From an uncultured Bacilli bacterium (GTDB lineage: Bacteria > Bacillota_I > Bacilli_A > RF39 > UBA660): a DNA stretch of 64,000 nt. The notes under the pieces were generated by a model. It had not been told where the DNA came from. It ran no database searches and saw nothing but the letters and a program-made list of their open reading frames with translations. The translations under genes and the position numbers were made by a program. Below are positions 51,151 through 61,743 of this stretch, in pieces. Numbering within the stretch: the first letter of the stretch is position 1; every line of letters starts with the position of its first letter. The DNA lies in assembly GCA_934086955.1 (NCBI GenBank), contig CAKOIN010000006.1, positions 2,159 to 66,158 on the forward strand, given 5' to 3'.

Positions 51151-52623
51151 TCATTTGTATTCTATTAAATTTACCAATGAATTTCTAAGTTCTACAAAAT
51201 TTTGATATTTATTTATATATTTATATATATCTTTTAAAAATTCTTCTCCACTTACAATTCTTCCATCTTTTAAATAAACTATAGAATCAATAGAAATTGA
51301 ATCTAATACATTATTTTCTTTAAAATATTCTTTAACAGTAGTTTTTTTGCCATCAAAAGTATCAACAACTTTATTTCCATATTCAATATTTAAAGGAAAC
51401 ATAAATACTTCTTTTTTTGAAAAATCTTCTTCCTCTTTGATATTTAATTCTACTTTATAGTTATTTTTAATAGCAAATTTTAATATTTTATTTACTTCAT
51501 CTAATGGAAATCCCATTTTTTTATAAGCGAAGAATCCACTTGAAAATAATAACATTAATTGATATATATGATCATTATTCATATTTAAAAAATTTAAGTT
51601 TTGAGCAACATTTTTATAGTTATCAGATAAAATCTTACTATATATACTATAAAAATAACTATAATACTTACTACTTTCTTCTTTTTTTATGACATTTTCA
51701 TAAAATTTTGAATATATAGCATTTAAATAATCTTCACTACCAAATGAAATAATCCTTTTATCATCTTTATGTTCAAAATATATCATCTTATCTTCATCTA
51801 ATTTAAGATTAAACTCACTCATTTCAAAACTTCCTATATCTAAAGATGAGTTATAATCAAAAAGCTCAAATACATCTTTATTATTAATAATAATATCTAA
51901 TGTTTTATATATTATTAAAAGCATCCTTTTTTTATTTAATTTTCTTTCTATTTTATACTTATTTAATATATATTCATAATAATCTTTTAATATAGAAAAA
52001 TTTTCAATTTCAAAATTTTCTTTCTTAAAATCACTAAAATATTCGTATAAAAGCAACATATAAAAATTTTTAAAATTATAAGGTCTATATTCAGAAGAAA
52101 TTCCTAACAAATTAGTTTGTGGTATGAAAGGAATTATTCTTGATTTAACTTCATTTTCGATATCATTATCACTTTTAAAGAAATTAATTATCTTTCTTGC
52201 ATTATTTACATTATCCACTCTTATTTGTAAAAGAGGATTTTTAACTACCTTCATTAACTTAATTTTAGAATTTATTTTATTTTCTATTAAAAAATTCAAA
52301 ATTTTTATTGTTATTTTTTCATAATTATTTTCAAAAACTGGTACATCAATTATGATATCAGGTATTGAAACATTCTGTAAATTATATTCTAGGTTTATTT
52401 TATAAGAATATTTAAATTCTTTATATGAGAATTTTGCCTTACTTTCGGGCAAAATTGACAATATCTGTTCAAATATTTTTTTGGTTATTTGAATTATATT
52501 TTTATTTAAATCACCTATTTTTACATTAAAACTTAAACATGTATTTATAAATTCTTCAAAATTTTTTTGTTCATAAATTGTATATAACTTTTTAAAATAA
52601 TCTTCTATCTGCATTCTATCCAT
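51151..52623 (-). CDS. Hypothetical 490-aa protein inserted between rpmH and dnaA
   Basis: Long uninterrupted ORF with no motif recognisable by eye. Its position interrupts the normally adjacent rpmH-oriC-dnaA arrangement. Confidence 0.35.
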   Translation of the reverse strand: MDRMQIEDYFKKLYTIYEQKNFEEFINTCLSFNVKIGDLNKNIIQITKKIFEQILSILPESKAKFSYKEFKYSYKINLEYNLQNVSIPDIIIDVPVFENNYEKITIKILNFLIENKINSKIKLMKVVKNPLLQIRVDNVNNARKIINFFKSDNDIENEVKSRIIPFIPQTNLLGISSEYRPYNFKNFYMLLLYEYFSDFKKENFEIENFSILKDYYEYILNKYKIERKLNKKRMLLIIYKTLDIIINNKDVFELFDYNSSLDIGSFEMSEFNLKLDEDKMIYFEHKDDKRIISFGSEDYLNAIYSKFYENVIKKEESSKYYSYFYSIYSKILSDNYKNVAQNLNFLNMNNDHIYQLMLLFSSGFFAYKKMGFPLDEVNKILKFAIKNNYKVELNIKEEEDFSKKEVFMFPLNIEYGNKVVDTFDGKKTTVKEYFKENNVLDSISIDSIVYLKDGRIVSGEEFLKDIYKYINKYQNFVELRNSLVNLIEYK

Positions 52624-52659
52624 ATTTATCTTCTCTCCTACACCATTTTATCATAAAAA

Positions 52660-52850
52660 AAATATTATGTTAACTTATTTTTGAATTTATTATGTTAACT
52701 TTATCAACAATGTATCAACATTTTATGTTAACTTATCAACAAGTTATTAACAATTCAAGTTTACATAATAATTTTAAATTGTTGATATTGTTGATAACTA
52801 TAAAAAATAATCTAAATTAAAGGAAAAAAATGTTTACAAAATGTGGATAT
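52660..52850. promoter_or_regulatory. oriC DnaA-box cluster upstream of dnaA
   Basis: TTATCAACA at about 52701 and 52733, GTATCAACA at about 52712, the complement TGTTGATAA at about 52789, TGTGGATAT at about 52841, and TATGTTAAC repeated three times. Confidence 0.6.
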
Positions 52851-52950
52851 CTTGTTAATATAAGTGTTAATAAATTTTTTTGTTTTGACATTAAAAAAAG
52901 TTGATTTATAATTTATCTTAGAAAGACAAAAAGAAAGGAAGTAAATATAT

Positions 52951-54342
52951 ATGGATATTGAAGATATATGGGTAAAATTCTTATCAAAAATAAAGTCAAA
53001 AGTATCTTTGATGTCATATAATTACATATTCAAAGATCTTAGAATTCATTCTTATGACGATAGTAAAATAGTTATAATAGTACCAAACAATGAATTATTA
53101 CTACAAAATATAACTAAAAACTATGTAACATTAATTGAAGATACATTGAATGATATAACAAATGATACATGTACTATTGAATATATCTTTCAAAAAGATG
53201 TTGATAAATTGTCAAAAAAGAAAGAAAAACCAAGAATTATTGAAGAAAATATAGAGGAAGACTTTAATGATTTAAAAAATTATAAATATTCAAGTAATTT
53301 TAATCCAAAACATACTTTTGATACTTTTATAGTTGGAGACTCAAATAAATTAGCATATGGCACAGCAATGGCAGTAGCACAAAATCCAGGAAAACTATAT
53401 AATCCATACTTTATTTATGCTAAAAGTGGACTTGGTAAGACACATTTAATGCATGCAATAGGTAATTACATTGTTCTTCATTCAGATAAGAGAGTCCTAT
53501 ATATTAAAGCAGAAGAATTCGCAAATGATTACAGAGCTATAATAAATACTAAAAATAAATATGGTAACAATATAACTTATTTAGAAGCATTTAGAGAAAA
53601 ATATAGAGATGTAGATGTATTAATGATAGATGATATTCAATTTTTAGATAATAAAGTAAAATCACAAATGGAATTCACTAATACATTTAATAGTTTATAT
53701 GAAAATGAAAAACAAATAGTAATAGCTTCAGATAGATCAATAAATGATTACGAATTATTAGAAGAAAGGCTTAAAACAAGATTTAGATGGGGCTTAACTT
53801 CATCCATTAATCCACCAGATATAGACTTAAAGAAAAATATTATAAAAAATAAAATAATGGTATATAACTTTGATTTAGATATTAAAGATGAGGTGGTTGA
53901 ATATATAGCAAGTAATTGTGGAAGTAGTGTAAGAGATTTAGAAGGAGCCATAACAAGAGTGGTTGCCTATAAAGCAACATTCAATATATCAGAAGTAACA
54001 TTAGATATAGCAAGAGAAGCTCTACAAGAATTTGTTTCAAAAACAGTATACAGAACAAATTCAGTAAGTAAAATAATAGATATAGTTGCTAAATATTTTG
54101 GCTTAGAACCTGCGATGTTAAAAGGTAAAATGAAGAAAAAGAATGTAACTGATGCAAGAGCAATTGCAATGTATTTAAGTCGAATAATGACTGATGAAAG
54201 CCTGCAAAGAATAGGATTAGAATTTGGAGGAAGAGATCATTCAACTGTTATATATTCACATGAAAAAATTTCTAACGAATTAAAAACAAATACAACACTT
54301 CAAGAAGAAATTAAAACATTAAAAGAAAAAATTTGTGAATAA
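52951..54342 (+). CDS. dnaA: Chromosomal replication initiator DnaA
   Basis: AAA+ Walker A GLGKTHL. C-terminal DnaA-box-binding domain (RAIAMYLSR...GGRDHSTV). Confidence 0.95.
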   Translation: MDIEDIWVKFLSKIKSKVSLMSYNYIFKDLRIHSYDDSKIVIIVPNNELLLQNITKNYVTLIEDTLNDITNDTCTIEYIFQKDVDKLSKKKEKPRIIEENIEEDFNDLKNYKYSSNFNPKHTFDTFIVGDSNKLAYGTAMAVAQNPGKLYNPYFIYAKSGLGKTHLMHAIGNYIVLHSDKRVLYIKAEEFANDYRAIINTKNKYGNNITYLEAFREKYRDVDVLMIDDIQFLDNKVKSQMEFTNTFNSLYENEKQIVIASDRSINDYELLEERLKTRFRWGLTSSINPPDIDLKKNIIKNKIMVYNFDLDIKDEVVEYIASNCGSSVRDLEGAITRVVAYKATFNISEVTLDIAREALQEFVSKTVYRTNSVSKIIDIVAKYFGLEPAMLKGKMKKKNVTDARAIAMYLSRIMTDESLQRIGLEFGGRDHSTVIYSHEKISNELKTNTTLQEEIKTLKEKICE

Positions 54343-54480
54343 ATTAACAAGTTACTAACATCTTAACAACGATAAGTTTACATAAAAATGTAGTATTTAT
54401 CGTATTATAAATGAGTTATCAACAATATTAACACTCTATAATAATAATAAATATATATAATAATAAGGAGGAAGAAAATT
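54343..54480. promoter_or_regulatory. dnaA-dnaN intergenic DnaA box(es) plus AT-rich unwinding element
   Basis: GAGTTATCAACAATATT box followed by ATAATAATAAATATATATAATAATAA. Confidence 0.45.
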
Positions 54481-55599
54481 ATGAAAATGTTAATAGAAAA
54501 AAATATTTTAATGGAAGGACTAAATTGTGTAAGTAAAGCTTTATCAACAAGAAATATAATTCCAGTATTAAATGGTATTAAATTTGAACTTACAAAAGAA
54601 GGATTATACTTAACTGCAACAGATAATGATATTACTATACAAACATTTATTGATAAAAAAGATATTAAAAGTATAGATGAAGTTGGATGTACAATCATTT
54701 ATGGAAAAACTTTATTAAATACTATTAGTAAATTACAAAATACAAATATACTAGTAGAAAATTTTGAAAATAATGAAGTATCATTTAAAACAGAAAGTGG
54801 TGGAATTTACGACTTCCCTTGTTTTAATCAAGAAGACTTTCCTAATATTAAATTAGAAGAAGTTAAACATCCTATCAAATTAGATAGTCAAAAATTTAAA
54901 GAAATAATTAGTAAAACATCATTTGCTTGTTCACTTCAAGAAAGTAGACCATTATTAACTGGTGTTAATATAAAGTTAATAGGTGATATATTTGAATGTG
55001 TTGCTACTGATTCTTATAGATTATCAAAAGTAACTATTAAATTAGATTCAATGTATAGTGAAAATATTAATATGGTAATACCTGCTAGAAATATAAATGA
55101 ACTTGTTAAAACAATCGGTAGTGAATCTGAATTAGAAATACATGTATTTCCAAATAAAGCACTATTTAAATTTGATAATATAATATTTCAAACATCATTA
55201 TTAAATGGAACTTATCCTAATACAGATAATTCAATACCAAAAGAATTTAAATATAAAATAAAAGCTAATTTAAAAGATTTATATAGCTTATTAGATACAG
55301 CTTCTTCATTAACTCAATCAAAAGATAAGAATATAGTTGATATGGAAATTAATGGTAGTGATCTAATAATAAGAGCTGCAAGTACAGAAGGAAAAGGAAA
55401 AGATAAAATTAACATCACTAATGAAACAGAAAATAATATTAAAATATCTTTCAGTGTTAAATATATGATGGAAGCATTAAAAGTATTTACACAAGAAGAA
55501 ATATATATATTATTAAATGGAGAAATTAATCCAATAATATTAAAAGAAACAGAAAATGAAGAATTAATTGAATTAATTTTACCAATGAAGACATACTAA
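54481..55599 (+). CDS. dnaN: DNA polymerase III beta sliding clamp
   Basis: Three-domain beta-clamp colinearity. Confidence 0.9.
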   Translation: MKMLIEKNILMEGLNCVSKALSTRNIIPVLNGIKFELTKEGLYLTATDNDITIQTFIDKKDIKSIDEVGCTIIYGKTLLNTISKLQNTNILVENFENNEVSFKTESGGIYDFPCFNQEDFPNIKLEEVKHPIKLDSQKFKEIISKTSFACSLQESRPLLTGVNIKLIGDIFECVATDSYRLSKVTIKLDSMYSENINMVIPARNINELVKTIGSESELEIHVFPNKALFKFDNIIFQTSLLNGTYPNTDNSIPKEFKYKIKANLKDLYSLLDTASSLTQSKDKNIVDMEINGSDLIIRAASTEGKGKDKINITNETENNIKISFSVKYMMEALKVFTQEEIYILLNGEINPIILKETENEELIELILPMKTY

Positions 55600-55622
55600 A
55601 AACGAAGAAATTCGTTTTTTTT
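55600..55622 (+). terminator. Hairpin AACGAA-GAAA-TTCGTT followed by TTTTTT after dnaN
   Basis: Seen directly in the sequence. Confidence 0.6.
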
Positions 55623-55650
55623 ATTTCAAAAAAATAATTTTTTTACTTTT

Positions 55651-55677
55651 TTCGACATATTTCGACAAAATTCGACA
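55651..55677. promoter_or_regulatory. Three direct TTCGACA heptamers at exact 10-bp phasing (reverse complement of the Spo0A 0A-box TGTCGAA)
   Basis: ttcgacatatttcgacaaaattcgaca, just upstream of the comK-like ORF and downstream of dnaN. Confidence 0.45.
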
Positions 55678-55726
55678 AATAGTGTGTGCTATTATAGTGG
55701 CCATTAAAAAGAAAGGGGGAAAAATA

Positions 55727-56182
55727 ATGAATTATGAAATTACTTATGATACACAAGTAATAGCACCTATTGATAAGAACACAGCAAAAGTAATAGAAAC
55801 TGATGCAGAATATATAATAGAAACTCCCGTGTTAAATATTCTTGAACATAGTTGTGAATATTTTGGAAGTTCTTATGAAGGAAGAAAAGAAGGTACTAAG
55901 AAGTTGTTAGGCATAACACATAAATCTCCAATAATAGTTGAAGAAAGCAGAAAAATAATATTTTTTCCAACTTCATCAGCCGAAAATGAAGATTGTATAT
56001 GGATTAATTTAGAAAAGATAGATAAATATTTCAAATTAGGTCCAAAAAAATCAGCAATAAGATTTCAAAATGGTGATTTTATAGAATTTGATGTATCATA
56101 TGGATCACTTTCTAATCAAATTTTAAGAGCTACTAGATTAAAATTTATACTTGAAGAAAGAATATTAAAAAAAGATAATTAA
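55727..56182 (+). CDS. comK: ComK-family competence transcription factor homolog
   Basis: LEHSCEYFGSSYEGRKEGTKKLLGITHKSPIIVEESRKIIFFPTSS, DCIWINL and VSYGSLSNQILRATRLK align to B. subtilis ComK (VDRSCRFFGSSYAGRKAGT...HKPPIMVDPSNQIFLFPTLS...CGWI...ISYNSFENQVYRTAWLR). Start taken at ATG 55727 after AAAGGGGGA. The track ORF begins at an upstream GTG. Confidence 0.6.
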   Translation: MNYEITYDTQVIAPIDKNTAKVIETDAEYIIETPVLNILEHSCEYFGSSYEGRKEGTKKLLGITHKSPIIVEESRKIIFFPTSSAENEDCIWINLEKIDKYFKLGPKKSAIRFQNGDFIEFDVSYGSLSNQILRATRLKFILEERILKKDN

Positions 56183-56292
56183 ATATAAAATTATCTTTTT
56201 TTATATATCATTTTATGTTATAATTATATTGTCGTGTAGGTGTATCTATAATACATAAAAATTAAAAAAGGGGGGTTAAATGAAGTTTAAAA

Positions 56293-57375
56293 ATGAATAT
56301 AACAAAAATTGAACTAATGAATTTTAGAAATTATACTAAAAAGACCTTTGATAATTTTTCAAACTTAAACATCATTATTGGTAAAAATGGAATAGGTAAA
56401 ACAAGTATTATAGAATCCATTTATTTAGGAAGTTTAGCAAAATCTTTTAAAACAAATAATGAACTATCTATAATTAAAGAAGGAAAGGACTTTTTTAGAA
56501 TAAAAGTTTATTATTTTGATTATGGTCCAAAGAAGAATTTAGAATTATTTTTAGATAAAAATGGTAAGAAAACAAAAATTAATTCTAAACTACAACGAAA
56601 ATTAAGCGATTTTATATCACAATATAGAATAATTATGTTATCACCAGATGAACTAAAACTTATAAAATCTTCGCCAAATACTAGGAGAAACTATTTAAAT
56701 ATTCAATTATCACAATTACACAAAGAATATATTCATTATTTAAATAATTATACAATTTTAATAAAAAATAAAAATGATTATTTAAAAAAATTAATGCTAA
56801 ATAGCAATCTCGACACTAGATACTTAGATATATTAGATGAAAAGATTGTAGAAAATGGCATGAAAATATATGAATATAGAAAAAAATATATAGATTTGAT
56901 TAATAGTAATATTAATAATATATTTAAAAATTATACTAAAAATCAAAAAATTGAAATTAAATATGAATCTGACTATTCATTAGAAGATAAAGAAAAATTA
57001 ATAAACTTTTTAAAGAAAAATAGAACAAAAGAAATAAACTTAGGCATGACAAATCATGGTGTACACCGAGATGATTTTACTTTTTATCAAAATGGTAATA
57101 ATTCAAAAGAATATAGTTCACAAGGAATACAAAAATTAATCGTTTTAGCAATGAAATTATCCGAGGTAAAAATATTCATAGAAAACTATGATATAAAGCC
57201 AATATTATTGTTAGATGACTTATTTAGTGAACTAGACGAAGCTAACAGAAATAACATATTTAAATCATTAGATAAAAGTATACAGATATTTATAACAACT
57301 ACTGACTTAAAGAATATTAATAAGAAAATAGTTGATAGAGCAAAAATATATAATTTAGACAAGAAGGAGAATTAG
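56293..57375 (+). CDS. recF: DNA replication and repair protein RecF
   Basis: Walker A GKNGIGKTS. SMC-like signature and Walker B (LLLDDLFSELD). Confidence 0.9.
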   Translation: MNITKIELMNFRNYTKKTFDNFSNLNIIIGKNGIGKTSIIESIYLGSLAKSFKTNNELSIIKEGKDFFRIKVYYFDYGPKKNLELFLDKNGKKTKINSKLQRKLSDFISQYRIIMLSPDELKLIKSSPNTRRNYLNIQLSQLHKEYIHYLNNYTILIKNKNDYLKKLMLNSNLDTRYLDILDEKIVENGMKIYEYRKKYIDLINSNINNIFKNYTKNQKIEIKYESDYSLEDKEKLINFLKKNRTKEINLGMTNHGVHRDDFTFYQNGNNSKEYSSQGIQKLIVLAMKLSEVKIFIENYDIKPILLLDDLFSELDEANRNNIFKSLDKSIQIFITTTDLKNINKKIVDRAKIYNLDKKEN

Positions 57376-59286
57376 ATGAAAGAAGAGTACGGAGTTAATG
57401 ATATTCAAGTATTAGAAGGCTTAGAAGCCGTTCGTAAAAGACCTGGTATGTACATTGGAACAACAGGAGAAAGAGGTCTTCATCACTTAGTATGGGAAAT
57501 AGTTGATAACTCAGTTGATGAAGCATTAGCTGGATACTGTGATGATATTGAAATAATTATTCATGAAGATAACAGTGTTAGTGTAAGAGATGACGGAAGA
57601 GGAATGCCAACAGGTGTTCACCCAAAAACAGGAGTATCAACGGTAGAAACAATATTTACAGTATTACATGCAGGTGGTAAATTTGGTGGCGGAGGCTACA
57701 AAGTATCTGGTGGATTACATGGAGTTGGTGCCTCAGTTGTTAATGCACTATCAGAATGGTTAGAAGTAAAAGTGTATAGAGATGGAAAAATTTATCATCA
57801 AAGATTTGAAAAAGGTGGACACCCAGTAATGTCACTAGAAGTAATAGGTGATTGTGACCCTAATAGAACAGGTACAACTGTTACTTTTAAACCAGATCCA
57901 CAAATATTCGAAGAAACAACAGTATTTAATTATGAAATACTAAAGAGTAGAACAAGAGAACTTGCTTTCTTAAATAAAGGATTAAGAATAATACTTAGTG
58001 ATTTAAGAACTGGTGCAAAAGATGAATTCTTATATAATGGTGGTTTAATTGAGTATGTTAAATTATTAAATACAAATAAGAAAACTGTTCATGATGATAT
58101 AGTTTATGTAGAAGGTGCAGAAGATAATATTAGTATAGAAGTTGCTATGCAATATAATGATGGTTATTCAAGTAATATTTATTCTTTTACAAACAATATC
58201 CATACAGTAGAAGGTGGAACTCATGAAGATGGAGTTAGATTAGCATTATCAAGAGTAATCAACAATTATGCTAGAAATAATGGAATACTAAAAGAAAAAG
58301 ACGATTCACTTACTCAAGATGATGTAAAAGAGGGAATAACATTAGTTATTTCTTGTAAACATCCAAATCCACAATTTGAAGGACAAACAAAAACAAAATT
58401 AGGAAATGTAGAAGTAAGAAAAATAGCAAGTAATGTATTTGGGGCTGGATTAGAAAAATTCTTATTAGAAAACCCAGATCAAGCAAAAGCTATAATAGAA
58501 AAAGTAATGTTAGCTTCAAGAGCAAGAGTTGCTGCTAAAAAGGCAAGAGAATTAACAAGAAGAAAAGGAGACCTAGAAATAACAAATTTCTATGGAAAAT
58601 TAACAGATTGTAAAAGCAAAGATCCTAGTGAATCAGAAATATTCCTAGTCGAGGGAGATTCTGCCGGTGGTTCTGCTAAAAAAGGTAGAGATTATATGAC
58701 TCAGGCAATTTTACCTTTAAGAGGAAAAATACTAAATGTAGAAAAGGCTAGATTAGATAGAGCTCTAAGTAACGAAGAAATAAGAACAATAGTTACTGCA
58801 TTTGGAACAGGAATAGGTGAAGAATTTGATTTATCTAAACTAAGATATCACAAAATTATAATAATGACCGATGCCGATGTTGATGGTTCTCATATTAGAA
58901 TATTACTATTAACATTATTTTATAGATTCTTTAAACCAGTTGTTGAGCATGGATATGTATATGCAGCTAATCCACCTCTTTATAAGATTGTTTATGGAAA
59001 AAATATTAAATATGTATTATCAGATGAGGAAAAAGATGAATATGTTAAAACTTTACCTGAAAATGCTAAATATATAATTACTCGTATGAAAGGTCTTGGT
59101 GAAATGGATGCAGATGAGTTAAGAGATACAACAATGTCAAAAGCAGATAGAATCCTAAGACAAATAACAGTAGATGATGTAATGGCAGCTGATGAAATAT
59201 TTACAACATTAATGGGAGAAGAAGTAGAACCAAGAAAGAAATTTATAGAAGAAAATGCACTAGATGTAGGAAATCTAGATATATAA
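57376..59286 (+). CDS. gyrB: DNA gyrase subunit B
   Basis: GHKL ATPase, TOPRIM EGDSAGG, C-terminal GyrB tail. Confidence 0.95.
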   Translation: MKEEYGVNDIQVLEGLEAVRKRPGMYIGTTGERGLHHLVWEIVDNSVDEALAGYCDDIEIIIHEDNSVSVRDDGRGMPTGVHPKTGVSTVETIFTVLHAGGKFGGGGYKVSGGLHGVGASVVNALSEWLEVKVYRDGKIYHQRFEKGGHPVMSLEVIGDCDPNRTGTTVTFKPDPQIFEETTVFNYEILKSRTRELAFLNKGLRIILSDLRTGAKDEFLYNGGLIEYVKLLNTNKKTVHDDIVYVEGAEDNISIEVAMQYNDGYSSNIYSFTNNIHTVEGGTHEDGVRLALSRVINNYARNNGILKEKDDSLTQDDVKEGITLVISCKHPNPQFEGQTKTKLGNVEVRKIASNVFGAGLEKFLLENPDQAKAIIEKVMLASRARVAAKKARELTRRKGDLEITNFYGKLTDCKSKDPSESEIFLVEGDSAGGSAKKGRDYMTQAILPLRGKILNVEKARLDRALSNEEIRTIVTAFGTGIGEEFDLSKLRYHKIIIMTDADVDGSHIRILLLTLFYRFFKPVVEHGYVYAANPPLYKIVYGKNIKYVLSDEEKDEYVKTLPENAKYIITRMKGLGEMDADELRDTTMSKADRILRQITVDDVMAADEIFTTLMGEEVEPRKKFIEENALDVGNLDI

Positions 59287-59298
59287 TAGGAGGAAATA

Positions 59299-61731
59299 AT
59301 GGATAGAATAGTACAAAATAATATAGTTAAAGAAGTCAAAGATTCATTTCTAGATTATTCCATGAGTGTTATAGTTGCAAGAGCTATACCTGATCTAAGA
59401 GACGGTTTAAAGCCTGTTCACAGAAGAATTTTATACTCAATGTATGAATCAGGTTATACCCCAGATAAACAACACAGAAAATGTGCTAGAATCGTCGGAG
59501 ATGTAATGGGAAAATACCATCCACATGGAGACTCATCAATATATGAAGCAATGGTTAGAATGGCACAAGATTTTAGTTATAGATATATGCTTGTGGATGG
59601 ACACGGAAACTTTGGTAACATGGATGGTGATGGCGCAGCAGCAATGCGTTACACAGAAGCAAGATTATCAAAAGTAAGTTTAGAATTGTTAAGAGATATA
59701 AATAAAAATACAGTAGATTTTATACCAAACTTTGATGAAACAGAAAAAGAACCAGTAGTAATTCCAAGTAGATTTCCAAACATTTTAGTAAATGGAACTA
59801 TGGGAATTGCAGTAGGTATGGCAACAAATATTCCACCACATAACTTAGGAGAAGTAATTGATGGTTGTATTGCATATATAGATAATCCACAAATAACTAC
59901 TGATGAAATGATGCAATATATAAAAGGTCCTGATTTTCCAACAGGAGCAATAATACTTGGAAATAGTGGAATAAAAAAAGCCTATGAAACAGGAAGAGGA
60001 ACAATTACTATTAGATGTAAAGCTGAAATAGAAGAATCTAATAATAGAAATAGAATAATAATTACAGAAATTCCTTACGGAGTTAATACATTAGAATTAA
60101 AAAATAGAATAGCTGAACTAGTTAGAGATAAAGTTTTAGAAGGAATTGCTGATTACCATGAAGAAACAAATATTGAAAATGGTGTTAAAATAGTAATTAC
60201 ATTAAAAAAAGAAGCAAATGCAAATGTTGTATTAAATAATTTATATAAACACACTCAATTACAATCAACATTCGGAATAATATTCTTAATGTTAGATCAA
60301 GGTCAACCAAGAACATTGGGAATTGTTGATATTATTTCTAAATATATAGATTATCAAAGAGAAATAATAGTTAGAAGAACAAGATTTGATTTAGCAAAAG
60401 CAGAAGCAAGGGCACATATTTTAGAAGGATATAAAATCGCATTAGACCATATAGATGATATTATTAAAATAATCAAAGAAAGTCAAAGCGATGTACTTGC
60501 AAAACAAAGATTAATAGAAAAATATAGATTTAGCGAGATTCAAGCTGATGCAATACTAGAGTTAAAATTAAGAAGATTAACTGGATTAGAAAGAGAAAAA
60601 ATAGAAGAAGAATTAGCTAATTTATTAAAATTAATTGAAGAATATAAATCAATACTAGCAAACGAACAAAAAGTATTAGATATAATTAAGAAAGAAATGC
60701 TTGAGATTAAAGAAAAATTCGGAGATGAAAGAAGAACAAAAATTGATAATACAGCAATAGAATATATTGAAGATGAATCTTTAATACCACAAGAAGATAT
60801 AATAATAACTTTAACAAATAAAAATTATATAAAAAGAATTCCAAAAGATACATACAAAGTACAAAATAGAGGCGGAGTTGGTATAAAAGGAATGACTACA
60901 ACTGAAGAAGACTTCGTAGAACAGTTAATTTCACTAAATACACATGACTACTTATTATTCTTCACAAATAAAGGAAAAGTATATAGACTAAAAGGATACA
61001 AAATTCCAGAATTTTCAAGAACAGCAAAAGGTTTACCTATCGTTAATATATTATCACTAGAAAAAGATGAAAAAATCAACACAATGATAACAATAAGTGA
61101 AAAAGATACATACAAATGTTTGCTTTTTAGTACTAAAAACGGATTAATTAAGAGAACTTTAATAAGCGAATTTGATAATATTAGACAAAGCGGAAAAATT
61201 GCAATTACTTTAAAAGATAATGACGAGTTAATATCAGTAAAGAAAACAACAGGTAATGATCAAATATTTATGTGTTCATCAAACGGAAGAATGGCAAGAT
61301 TCAATGAAGAAGAAATAAGAATAATGGGAAGAACAGCTTCAGGAGTTAGAGGAATTAATTTATCAAATGACATATGTGTTGGTACTGAAGTGTCTGAACC
61401 AGGAAAAATGTTATTAGTAGTTACTGAAAATGGTTACGGTAAGAAAACTTCTATGGACGAATATAGAGAAACAAAAAGAGGAAGTAAAGGTGTAAAGACA
61501 TTAAATATTACTGATAAAAACGGCAAAATAGTAGGATTTAAATCAACTGATAATGAAAAAGATCTAATGATTATAACTGAAAATGGAGTAATAATTAGAA
61601 TGGATGTTAATTCAATATCACAAATGGGCAGAGTAACAAAAGGTGTAAGACTAATAAATCTTAAAGAGGATAATAAGGTTGCTTCAATATCAATTTTAGA
61701 AAAAGAAAATGAAATTGAAGAATCAGAATAA
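59299..61731 (+). CDS. gyrA: DNA gyrase subunit A
   Basis: Active-site Tyr region [14 protein letters not shown]-like HPHGDSS, C-terminal beta-pinwheel. Confidence 0.95.
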   Translation: MDRIVQNNIVKEVKDSFLDYSMSVIVARAIPDLRDGLKPVHRRILYSMYESGYTPDKQHRKCARIVGDVMGKYHPHGDSSIYEAMVRMAQDFSYRYMLVDGHGNFGNMDGDGAAAMRYTEARLSKVSLELLRDINKNTVDFIPNFDETEKEPVVIPSRFPNILVNGTMGIAVGMATNIPPHNLGEVIDGCIAYIDNPQITTDEMMQYIKGPDFPTGAIILGNSGIKKAYETGRGTITIRCKAEIEESNNRNRIIITEIPYGVNTLELKNRIAELVRDKVLEGIADYHEETNIENGVKIVITLKKEANANVVLNNLYKHTQLQSTFGIIFLMLDQGQPRTLGIVDIISKYIDYQREIIVRRTRFDLAKAEARAHILEGYKIALDHIDDIIKIIKESQSDVLAKQRLIEKYRFSEIQADAILELKLRRLTGLEREKIEEELANLLKLIEEYKSILANEQKVLDIIKKEMLEIKEKFGDERRTKIDNTAIEYIEDESLIPQEDIIITLTNKNYIKRIPKDTYKVQNRGGVGIKGMTTTEEDFVEQLISLNTHDYLLFFTNKGKVYRLKGYKIPEFSRTAKGLPIVNILSLEKDEKINTMITISEKDTYKCLLFSTKNGLIKRTLISEFDNIRQSGKIAITLKDNDELISVKKTTGNDQIFMCSSNGRMARFNEEEIRIMGRTASGVRGINLSNDICVGTEVSEPGKMLLVVTENGYGKKTSMDEYRETKRGSKGVKTLNITDKNGKIVGFKSTDNEKDLMIITENGVIIRMDVNSISQMGRVTKGVRLINLKEDNKVASISILEKENEIEESE

Positions 61732-61743
61732 ACAAAAATAAAA

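Noticed and set aside
51504-52324. Two plus-strand ORFs (62 and 66 aa)
   Set aside because: Both are antisense to the 490-aa ORF. The long minus-strand frame is far more likely to be the real gene.
53748-53951. 67-aa minus-strand ORF
   Set aside because: Antisense inside dnaA.
54405-54698. 97-aa minus-strand ORF
   Set aside because: Overlaps the dnaA-dnaN origin spacer and the dnaN start. It would destroy the conserved dnaN N-terminus.
58992-59339. 115-aa minus-strand ORF
   Set aside because: Antisense across the gyrB/gyrA junction.
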